In this document: positions 7,224 through 14,807 of the stretch, one piece after another | Numbering within the stretch: the stretch's first letter is position 1 | Layout: each line of letters begins with the position of its first letter | Assembly: GCA_030539275.1 (NCBI GenBank) | Contig: JAUNSK010000010.1 | Location: 32,348-56,347 of the forward strand | Length of the DNA: 24,000 nt | Source: Oscillospiraceae bacterium | Lineage (GTDB): Bacteria > Bacillota > Clostridia > Oscillospirales > Ruminococcaceae | Direction of reading: 5' to 3' | Translations under genes and position numbers: made by a program | The notes under the pieces: model-generated | The model's database searches: none | Told to the model about the DNA's origin: nothing | The model's input: only the letters and a program-made list of their open reading frames with translations

Positions 7224-7324
7224 CCTTGGAGTGGCACAGCCCATGTTTTCAAGTCCCGTCACTCAACCTGCTTTTAAATATCCCCATTTTACGCCGCTTG
7301 CGGGAGATCGTGAGTGGCGCTTTC
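7224..7324 (+). repeat. Direct repeat copy B (decayed tRNA 3' part plus terminator)
   Basis: Same element as 5359-5457. The T-arm is disrupted here (catgt-TTTCAAGT), so this copy is more degenerate. Confidence 0.8.
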
Positions 7325-7377
7325 TATTGGCCGTTATAATAATGCATGCTGACAACAGTTTTCCTTTTTATCAGATA

Positions 7378-7412
7378 TAAAAAAGCAGCTAAGCCTTTTA
7401 CGCTTAGCTGCT
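7378..7412 (-). terminator. Intrinsic terminator of the 7470-8426 gene
   Basis: An 11-bp perfect stem agcagctaagc / gcttagctgct, with a T-run on the minus strand (A6 at 7379-7384 on the plus strand). Confidence 0.7.
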
Positions 7413-7469
7413 GTATATAACATTGAATATGATCTTCCCGCTAACCGGGAGTTATCAATCAGATAATAC

Positions 7470-8426
7470 TCAGCACCGTTTTCTGATCACAATAAGCATG
7501 ATAATGGTCATCAGAACTCCAAGGAGTATGGTATAAAAAAGCACGCCCCTGATATACTGATGCTGATGTACAGTGATAAGTGCATATCCGTCAGTTACTT
7601 CAATATGCTCTACAGTAATGTTTGCCATACCGTAGTTTATCCTGTCATCCATATAATCACCCTTATCAAACCTGACTTCCTTTACAAGCTCATGAGCGAT
7701 TGTGTCTGTCTTCCTTTCACCGAGTTTTGCAGTATACATCTTATGATACAGACTTTCGTTGTCATAGGATTTATCTGTGCATTCATTATGTACATAACAA
7801 TCAGATGCTTTGATGAGTTCACCTTCATATGAGAATTCAACATTCAACAGCTCAGCCCCGTTTGAATCAAGCAAAGTCATAGATACGGGTTTAACGATGT
7901 AATTACTGATCGTGTAGGAATTTAGTCTGATTACAGCTTGCGGATCGTTGTCCAGTACACTGTAGATCTCAGAAGAGTTATTTAATTCTATAAAATCTCT
8001 GACATCAATGACACCGATGGCATGTTGCTGATAGTCTGATTTACGGCCATAACTCTGATATACAACAGCGAATATTCCGGACGAAAGCTCGTTTAAACCG
8101 TTGCGATCTAAAAAGATTTCGGATTCATCAATTGTAAGATTGCCAAATAAGAAATTATAGAAAAAACCCGGTTCACTTTTTAAATGATTATCGGTCAGGA
8201 GTGACCTCATTATAAGTCCGTTCAGTCCGTTACTTTTGTCAATCGTTTCTTCAGACGTTTTTACAGGATGAATATATGTATCAGCATGTTTAGACCAGCC
8301 GATCATGCCATAATGCAGCACCTGTGCTGACAGTTTGTTTACAATGAATGCTCCGGCGGTATTGGAAATAATAATTATCACAAGCATAGCTGCCAGCCAG
8401 ATACTGATTATTTTAATAAATTTCAT
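7470..8426 (-). CDS. Bitopic membrane protein of unknown function (TM at both ends, large extracytoplasmic middle)
   Basis: ATG at 8426 follows an AGGAGA RBS. The N-terminus is hydrophobic (MKFIKIISIWLAAMLVIIIISNTAGA). A C-terminal TM (VLFYTILLGVLMTIIMLIVI) is followed by RKRC. I recognise no catalytic or binding motif. Confidence 0.7.
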   Translation of the reverse strand: MKFIKIISIWLAAMLVIIIISNTAGAFIVNKLSAQVLHYGMIGWSKHADTYIHPVKTSEETIDKSNGLNGLIMRSLLTDNHLKSEPGFFYNFLFGNLTIDESEIFLDRNGLNELSSGIFAVVYQSYGRKSDYQQHAIGVIDVRDFIELNNSSEIYSVLDNDPQAVIRLNSYTISNYIVKPVSMTLLDSNGAELLNVEFSYEGELIKASDCYVHNECTDKSYDNESLYHKMYTAKLGERKTDTIAHELVKEVRFDKGDYMDDRINYGMANITVEHIEVTDGYALITVHQHQYIRGVLFYTILLGVLMTIIMLIVIRKRC

Positions 8427-8504
8427 TTTAAATATCTCCTGTTGTATCAATAGTTGTAGTCAATATAAGCAAACTCAAAATTGTCACACTCTGGAACTTA
8501 TTGC

Positions 8505-8533
8505 ATTATACCACATTAAACCAGGTATTTCAA
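8505..8533 (-). promoter_or_regulatory. Candidate promoter for the 7470-8426 gene
   Basis: The minus strand reads TTGAAA, a 17-bp spacer, then TGG-TATAAT (extended -10). Confidence 0.5.
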
Positions 8534-8685
8534 TATGCAACACCCGTAAAAGAGGACGGTGGGCTTAGAAGTAGCTTATTTCACTTATGAAAGATTTATA
8601 GTATGACACTTAACTGATACTTCAATAGTCAGGATCCTGTAGAGCGGTCAGATTTAACACTTTTCAGCAGACACCTTAAACAACA

Positions 8686-8729
8686 GGAAAAGCGAAACCG
8701 GATTTATTATTATACTCCCGGTTTCGCTT
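8686..8729 (-). terminator. Probable terminator downstream of agrD
   Basis: An 11-bp stem agcgaaaccgg / ccggtttcgct with a 16-nt loop and a short T-run (TTTT) on the minus strand. Confidence 0.5.
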
Positions 8730-8790
8730 AACTTATATAATGGGTATGCATACAATCATGATTATTTATTTTCCTACGCCTCAGATCACC

Positions 8791-8943
8791 TTAGAATTTT
8801 CTTAACTTCTTAACTGCCTTTGGCTGTTTAGGCTGACCGATCAATAACATGCAAGCAGAATTTGCGTTATGCTCAGACGACTTTGCACAAAGAGCTGCCA
8901 TTACCTTCATAGCATTTGACTTAACCGTTTTTTTAGCATTCAT
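8791..8943 (-). CDS. agrD: AgrD-type cyclic autoinducing-peptide precursor (50 aa)
   Basis: Not in the ORF track. Hand translation gives MNAKKTVKSNAMKVMAALCAKSSEHNANSACMLLIGQPKQPKAVKKLRKF after a GGAGGA RBS (8951-8957). It has an amphipathic leader, an ANSAC-x4 core and a QPKxPK charged tail, as in clostridial AgrD. It lies directly downstream of agrB. Confidence 0.8.
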   Translation of the reverse strand: MNAKKTVKSNAMKVMAALCAKSSEHNANSACMLLIGQPKQPKAVKKLRKF

Positions 8944-8990
8944 AATAGTATCCTCCTATTGATTATATGTATGCATATCCTTATAATTCC

Positions 8991-9019
8991 ATAATATGCC
9001 ATATATATTTGCTTGTCAA
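8991..9019 (-). promoter_or_regulatory. Candidate internal promoter in the agrB-agrD spacer
   Basis: The minus strand reads TTGACA, a 17-bp spacer, then TATTAT. Confidence 0.45.
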
Positions 9020-9103
9020 TAGATTTATTCAAAACTCTTTAAATTTATTTTCAAAGCCGAAAGTTTATATGTTAAAATGAATCTGTGGCTGATATTTAGA
9101 TTG

Positions 9104-9673
9104 CTAATCCCTGATTTTTCCCAATATCAACAGCAGGCTTACAGCCAGTAAACCCAAAGCTATAATGAAAAGCAACCTGTATCCGTGCAGTACAAATGTG
9201 ATAACAGCCGCAGCAAGAATCACTGATAAAATAATTCTGGCTCTTTTCCGGTAAACCTCTATTTCAGTTTCATCAAGCGGCTTGTTTGGAGTACCAAGCG
9301 GAGCAAAAAGAAAGATTATCGTACTGCTGAATACGATTGTGATCACTGATAAAACAGGCAGTACCGAGACGCTGATCACTTTATTCAATATGATAACAGC
9401 AGCCACCATTGATACAGAAGCACAAAAGCATCTGATCTTTGACCTTGCATGATAACCGCCGCAAAATATTCTTAAAGGCTCAAAAACAAGAATAAAGAAA
9501 ATAATTTCCGGCAGGCTGTGAGTCAGAACACCGACTAATATTGCTGTAAGCATAAAAACAGTTTTCGTAAACAATATCTCAGCGCCGAATCTTACTATAT
9601 CATAGTCATCATCATTTTTTATAATTCCGTTTTCTCTCATAGAATCGACTAACCGGTTCAGAAGTCTGTCCAT
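9104..9673 (-). CDS. agrB: AgrB-family membrane peptidase (AgrD-processing enzyme)
   Basis: A multi-TM protein with RIFCGGYHARSKIRCFC, which carries the conserved His/Cys pair of AgrB. ATG 9673 (MDRLLNRL...) lies 8 nt after GGAGG. The listed GTG at 9682 sits inside that RBS, so I reject it as the start. Confidence 0.85.
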   Translation of the reverse strand: MDRLLNRLVDSMRENGIIKNDDDYDIVRFGAEILFTKTVFMLTAILVGVLTHSLPEIIFFILVFEPLRIFCGGYHARSKIRCFCASVSMVAAVIILNKVISVSVLPVLSVITIVFSSTIIFLFAPLGTPNKPLDETEIEVYRKRARIILSVILAAAVITFVLHGYRLLFIIALGLLAVSLLLILGKIRD

Positions 9674-9809
9674 CTTTTGCACCTCCCATTTGTTCTATAA
9701 CTTATTATACTATAACTGTAAAAAATATACAATAGTTTTGCGTTAATCGCTAAAAAACTGTCACGGACGGGAAGCATCTGCATATTCATAAAAAATTGAT
9801 TTCCAACTA

Positions 9810-9838
9810 TTTACAAATGGCCGGTTTTGTATTAAAAT
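9810..9838 (+). promoter_or_regulatory. Candidate promoter for the 9874-10716 gene, divergent from agrB
   Basis: TTTACA (9810-9815), a 17-bp spacer, then TAAAAT (9833-9838). Confidence 0.4.
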
Positions 9839-9873
9839 GGTATTAATACAAATATGAAAGCAGGGGAAAAAAC

Positions 9874-10716
9874 ATGGATACAGTAAAAGCGGACAGACTG
9901 GTACTGATAAAGAAAAGACAGGCATCCATTGATGAGAGGGAGCGTATTTCACGCAGGTTAAAGTCACTGAGAAAAGAAATATACAGCTTTATCGGACCGG
10001 TTATAGAACACCGCATCAGCAATTGTGATGAGGATATAAAGTACATAATACTGCATATGGGCAATGCAGCAGCGCTGGCTGAAGAGATAGCTGTACTGCA
10101 ACTTAATAAAAGAAATATTTCAGTAATGCTTCTGAGCCGTGATCTTTTTGAAGAATGCTCGGTGATAAGCAAGCTTATTGATGAACATAAAGACAGCAGG
10201 CATTCAGAGTTTTTCAGATATCTGCTGGTGAAGGATATGAACGAGGATAACATTATTCAGAAGCAGACCGGACATGAGAATTTCGGGTATTATATGAGAT
10301 TCAATATGCTGCTCAGTAAATATTTTTCAAAGGATCTGAAAAGGTTTGATATACCTGCTTATGACCCGGAACGTACGTTCTATTCATTCAGTGAAAAAAA
10401 GATATTTGCAAAGGCTGTGAGGTCACTTATAAATAAATATAAAAACAGATACATAACAGCAAAACTATGCTGCAGTTTTCTTGAGGAAAATTCACTTCTT
10501 ACAATGCGCGACAAGCAGGACGCAAAACACATTTATACTCTGCTCTGTCATTGTTCCGGGCTGAATTTTTCGGCTCTTGAAGATATGTGCTATATGGAGT
10601 GCGACGGTACAAAGCTTGTATCCTTTAATAATAATCATGAAAATCTGACTTCTGTTATGCAGTGGGTATATTATTCATTGTCATATACCTTTGAAAAGGT
10701 TGTGAAATTTATATAA
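9874..10716 (+). CDS. Hypothetical 280-aa cytoplasmic protein, no recognisable domain
   Basis: A long ORF with an AGGGGA RBS, a charged and probably helical N-terminus, several Cys, and no TM segment or HTH that I can identify. The antisense ORF 9843-10253 is low-complexity and rejected. Confidence 0.7.
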   Translation: MDTVKADRLVLIKKRQASIDERERISRRLKSLRKEIYSFIGPVIEHRISNCDEDIKYIILHMGNAAALAEEIAVLQLNKRNISVMLLSRDLFEECSVISKLIDEHKDSRHSEFFRYLLVKDMNEDNIIQKQTGHENFGYYMRFNMLLSKYFSKDLKRFDIPAYDPERTFYSFSEKKIFAKAVRSLINKYKNRYITAKLCCSFLEENSLLTMRDKQDAKHIYTLLCHCSGLNFSALEDMCYMECDGTKLVSFNNNHENLTSVMQWVYYSLSYTFEKVVKFI

Positions 10717-10762
10717 ATAAAAATTTATTTGTATGAAAATAAAATCGGGTATATTATGTTTG

Positions 10763-10795
10763 CAGCGTGAGATAAAACCTCACGCTGTTCTGATT
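10763..10795 (+). terminator. Hairpin downstream of the 280-aa gene
   Basis: A 9-bp stem cagcgtgag / ctcacgctg followed by a weak T-rich tail (ttctgatt). Confidence 0.45.
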
Positions 10796-11236
10796 GCTCT
10801 AAGTAATTATAATGGAGAAAAGTATATTTTACATATTTATGTATTTAAAAAATCACTCAGATAATCTCCCAAAAGCGCAGAAATTATGCAGAATAATCAA
10901 TTGTTGCGTGTAAGAGAATAATAATCAATAGAGATTTGTACTATTTTAAGCATTTTATTCCTACTTTCGGCTCATTAAAAATATATTATTTGTGATAATG
11001 CTGTACCAAATTGTATTTTTATGCTTATATAAATAAATATCAATAAAATAATCCTAATCAAAAAGATACAGCAATTAATTGCTAGAACAAATATCTATTA
11101 TAAGCTACAATAAATATAAGGTAAAAGCTTGAAATGACAGTCTTTTATGAAGATTATCATTCTGGATTTGTTTAAAATATATATTTACTATACATCATTT
11201 TGCTTAGCTGATAATCCCTCAATTATCAGCGAAGGT

Positions 11237-11277
11237 AAAAAAAGTACATCGGAAGCTGATTCTGGTGTACTTTTTTT
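11237..11277. terminator. Orphan bidirectional intrinsic terminator in the AT-rich gap
   Basis: A7-GTACA ... TGTAC-T7, so the stem is flanked by an A-run and a T-run. It is preceded by the hairpin gctgataat/attatcagc (11207-11230). Confidence 0.6.
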
Positions 11278-11493
11278 GTTCTTAAACAAGCTTAAAAAGG
11301 AAAATAAATGCAGTATAATATATAAAATTCCATAATTATGAATATTATATGGCCTTTTAAGTTCCATGTATGTAAAAATATTACTACATGGAGTAAAATT
11401 AATACGTTCTATATATAACAACTTTCTGCTATAATTGTAAACAGAAAATGTTGAAAACAAACAAAAGTTATACTTTTATTGGGAGGAAATTAT

Positions 11494-12777
11494 ATGAAAA
11501 TAAGAAAAATACTCAGCTGCGTAGCAGCAGCAGTTCTGGTATCAGGAACTATCGCAAGCTGCGACAAAAGCGCTGGTTCAGATGGTGGAAAAAAAGCTGA
11601 AGATGTAACACTTACGCTCTGGAGTATTTCTACAGAGAGTGACTCATTCCATAGTGCATATGTTCAGGCAATTGAAGACTTTGAGAAGAGCCATGAGGGT
11701 GTTAAGGTTAAACATGAGACATTTGAAAATGAATCATACAAGACTAAGATCAAATCTGCAGTAGCAGCAAACGAACTGCCGGATGTATTCTATACATGGG
11801 CAGGAGGATTTTCTCAGTCATTTGTTGATTCCGGAAAGATTCTCTGTCTTGATGATTATTATCCGAAGTACAAGGATGAACTTTCAGAAGCAGCTCTGTC
11901 AAATCTTATGTATGACGGCAAGCTTTATGGTTCAGTAATAGTATCACCTGTATCTTTAATGTGGTACAACAAGAAGATCATGGATAAGTACAGTCTTAAA
12001 GCACCTGAGACATGGGATGACTTTGAAAAGGTTTGTGATACACTTATAGAAAATAAGGTAACTCCTATAGCAACAAGTGTAAAGGACAAGTGGGTTCTTG
12101 CAATGCTTCATGACGGCCTTACACTGAAATCTGTCGGCCCTGATAAGCTTCAGAAGTGTCTGCTCAAGGATGGTGTATCTTATTCAGATCCTGACTTCCT
12201 TGCATCGGCACAGAAGATCAGAGATCTTGTTGACAAGGGTGCATTCATTGATGGTGCAGCCGGCCTTTCAAACGATGAGGCAAGTGCAGAGTTTTACACA
12301 GGCAATGCAGCAATGTACTTTACAGGAAGCTGGATGGGCGGTTCTATTGTAACAGACGCAGAAAACGAAGCCGATTTTGAAGTTGCCCCTATTCCTGTAA
12401 TAAACAGCAGTAATGCAAAAATTACTGACTTCATGGGCGGCGGCTCTGATTCACTCATGGTTGCAAAATCAACCAAAAATGCAGATCTCTCTGCTGAACT
12501 TGCATTTGAAATAACAAAGGGCGTTTCAAAGTATGGTTATCTTTCAGGAGCAGGAATTCCGGCTTGGAAGGTTACATATGATGATTCTGAAGTTCCGAGA
12601 CTTACAAAGGAAGTAGCGAATTATGTAAACGGCGCAACTTCATTTACTCTGTGGTTTGATACACTTCTGGAATCAGAAGACGCAGGTGAATACCTTGCCC
12701 TTCTTCAGAAACTGTATGTTGGATCAATTAAACCTGAAGACTTCCAGAAGGCTATGGCAGCTCAGCTGGAAAAATAA
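11494..12777 (+). CDS. ABC transporter extracellular sugar-binding lipoprotein (family 1 / CUT1)
   Basis: GGGAGG RBS before ATG 11494. Signal peptide with lipobox (GTIASC). Overall family-1 solute-binding-protein character. Two sugar permease genes follow. Confidence 0.9.
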   Translation: MKIRKILSCVAAAVLVSGTIASCDKSAGSDGGKKAEDVTLTLWSISTESDSFHSAYVQAIEDFEKSHEGVKVKHETFENESYKTKIKSAVAANELPDVFYTWAGGFSQSFVDSGKILCLDDYYPKYKDELSEAALSNLMYDGKLYGSVIVSPVSLMWYNKKIMDKYSLKAPETWDDFEKVCDTLIENKVTPIATSVKDKWVLAMLHDGLTLKSVGPDKLQKCLLKDGVSYSDPDFLASAQKIRDLVDKGAFIDGAAGLSNDEASAEFYTGNAAMYFTGSWMGGSIVTDAENEADFEVAPIPVINSSNAKITDFMGGGSDSLMVAKSTKNADLSAELAFEITKGVSKYGYLSGAGIPAWKVTYDDSEVPRLTKEVANYVNGATSFTLWFDTLLESEDAGEYLALLQKLYVGSIKPEDFQKAMAAQLEK

Positions 12778-12831
12778 AAATTCTTAAGAGTCAAATAACT
12801 GATTTTTTCCTCCAAAAAAATCAAGCGGCAC

Positions 12832-12869
12832 TTCAGCTGACTGGCAGGCTTAGCTGCCGGCCAGCTGAA
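12832..12869 (+). other. GC-rich intercistronic hairpin without T-run (mRNA stability or processing element?)
   Basis: Outer stem ttcagctg/cagctgaa and inner stem ggcag/ctgcc, lying between the binding-protein and permease genes. Confidence 0.45.
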
Positions 12870-12903
12870 TAATGTCGTCAACTAATTCAAAAGGTGGGTT
12901 GTT

Positions 12904-13785
12904 ATGGATAAAATACGATCTAATAAACTGGCTCTTTTCCTTTTTTTATTCCCGGCAGCGTTGTTGTTTACAGGGATAATTATTCTTCCTATAATTATGT
13001 CTGCAATATACAGCTTTCAGGATTGGGACGGAATGACACAGGCTAAATTTATTGGCATTGGAAACTACAAAGAGTTATTTACAAGTGAGTCAGCCGGTTA
13101 TTTGAGAACAGTAGGCAACGCATTCCTTCTGGCTGTTCTTTCAGTATTTATACAGCTTCCGATTTCTCTGGGACTTGCTCTGCGTATTGCCAGAGGAATA
13201 AAAGGTGAAAAATTTTTTATGACTGTATTCTTCGTACCGGTTCTTCTTTCAACGGTTGTCATAGGTCAGCTCTGGCTTAAGATATACAATCCGAATTACG
13301 GAATACTTAATATTGCATTGAAGAATTTAGGGCTTGAATCATGGTGCCATACATGGCTTGGAGAACAGAAAACAGCGCTGCTATCGGTTTTTGTTCCGCA
13401 GCTCTGGCAGTATGTCGGCTACCATATGCTTCTTATGTATGCTGGCATAAAAAATATCTCACCCGATGTTATAGAAGCTGCCAAAATAGACGGTGCCAGC
13501 GACTGGCAGATATCAACAAGAATTATTATCCCGCTTCTTAAGCCTGTTCTGAAAATTTGTGTTATATTTGCGGTTACCGGTTCACTCAAGGCATTTGATA
13601 TGATATATGTACTTACAAAAGGCGGTCCGGATCATGCCAGTGAGGTTCCGAGTACGCTCATGGTATCAAAAATATTTCTTGAGAACAGATATGGACTTGG
13701 AAGTGCTATAGCAGTGACTATTATATTCCTCTGCTTCTTCTTTGCCGTCCTGATAAAGAAATGCATAAGAACGGAGGAAGACTGA
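12904..13785 (+). CDS. Carbohydrate ABC transporter permease (MalF/UgpA-like)
   Basis: AAGGTGGG RBS. Six predicted TM segments. Contains the EAA-loop region IEAAKIDGASDWQISTRIIIPLLKP. Confidence 0.9.
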   Translation: MDKIRSNKLALFLFLFPAALLFTGIIILPIIMSAIYSFQDWDGMTQAKFIGIGNYKELFTSESAGYLRTVGNAFLLAVLSVFIQLPISLGLALRIARGIKGEKFFMTVFFVPVLLSTVVIGQLWLKIYNPNYGILNIALKNLGLESWCHTWLGEQKTALLSVFVPQLWQYVGYHMLLMYAGIKNISPDVIEAAKIDGASDWQISTRIIIPLLKPVLKICVIFAVTGSLKAFDMIYVLTKGGPDHASEVPSTLMVSKIFLENRYGLGSAIAVTIIFLCFFFAVLIKKCIRTEED

Positions 13786-13786
13786 A

Positions 13787-14647
13787 ATGAATGATAAAAA
13801 AACAGTAAAATCCGGAATAGTTACCGGTAAGAAAAAACCGGTTGTTTCATACATAATTCTGATACTTTGGACTCTTATATGCGTTTTTCCTCTGTACTGG
13901 ATGTTTACGTTTTCATTAAAAGACAACAAAGAAATATTTGGTGCTAATGTTATCGGACTTCCGCAAAAATGGCTGTTTTCAAATTATACAGTTGCGCTGT
14001 CAACAGGAAAAATAGGAAGATGTTTTCTTAACAGTATCATAGTAACAGGTGCGACGATCATAATAACAGTGATTTTTGCACTGATGGCAAGCTATGCACT
14101 TACCAGAATGAAATGGAAGGGCAGAGATATTGTAAATAATATATTTATGCTGGGACTTACAGTTCCTATCCATGCTGCATTGCTGCCTGTATTTCTGGTG
14201 CTGAGCTTCCTTAAAATGACTGATACATATCAGGCACTTATTGTACCATATACAGCTTTTGCACTTGCAATGGCGATAATGATCTTCAGCAGCTTTATGG
14301 TCGGAATACCAAAGGATCTTGAGGAAGCCGCCTGTATTGACGGATGCAGCATTTTCGGAATATTCTTCAAGATAATTCTTCCGCTTATGAGACCTGCTAT
14401 ATCAACAGTTGCGATCTTCACATTCCTTCAGGCATGGAATGAACTCATGTTCGCTGTTATCTTTAACAGTCAGTCAGAATTCAGTACACTTACAGTCGGA
14501 ATCCAGAAGATGTCTGGTGCATTTACTACAAAGTGGGGACCGATAGGCGCAGCACTTGTACTGGCAACTTTCCCTACACTTATAGTTTACGGATTTATAA
14601 GTAAAAAAATCCAGGACAGTCTTATAGCCGGTGCGATCAAAGGATAA
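13787..14647 (+). CDS. Carbohydrate ABC transporter permease (MalG/UgpE-like)
   Basis: Starts 1 nt after the previous stop. Contains the EAA loop LEEAACIDGCSIFGIFFKIILPLMRP. Confidence 0.9.
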   Translation: MNDKKTVKSGIVTGKKKPVVSYIILILWTLICVFPLYWMFTFSLKDNKEIFGANVIGLPQKWLFSNYTVALSTGKIGRCFLNSIIVTGATIIITVIFALMASYALTRMKWKGRDIVNNIFMLGLTVPIHAALLPVFLVLSFLKMTDTYQALIVPYTAFALAMAIMIFSSFMVGIPKDLEEAACIDGCSIFGIFFKIILPLMRPAISTVAIFTFLQAWNELMFAVIFNSQSEFSTLTVGIQKMSGAFTTKWGPIGAALVLATFPTLIVYGFISKKIQDSLIAGAIKG

Positions 14648-14653
14648 ATATTT

Positions 14654-14688
14654 AATCCTGCGGAGTAAAATCTGCAGGATTTTTTTTA
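14654..14688 (+). terminator. Intrinsic terminator of the ABC operon
   Basis: aatcctgcgg / tctgcaggatt stem followed by T7-8. Confidence 0.8.
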
Positions 14689-14807
14689 AGTAAATTTTTA
14701 CCCTAATTTTCAAATTGCATTGTTATTTAAGTTTAGCTATGATATAATATCTATATAGTGATCAATAATTGATAATATTTTGTGTAATATTACAGGGAGT
14801 GCATGAA

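Noticed and set aside
9674-9682. GTG start for agrB at 9682
   Set aside because: The GTG lies within the GGAGGTG Shine-Dalgarno sequence that serves ATG 9673.
9843-10253. 136-aa minus-strand ORF antisense to the 280-aa gene
   Set aside because: It is Ser/Leu-rich low complexity typical of the antisense of a Lys/Glu-rich gene, has no RBS, and is shorter than the sense ORF.
11147-11460. Two overlapping listed ORFs (62 aa on + and 90 aa on -) in the AT-rich gap
   Set aside because: Both read through the A7-stem-T7 terminator, have no RBS, and have an AT-driven low-complexity composition.
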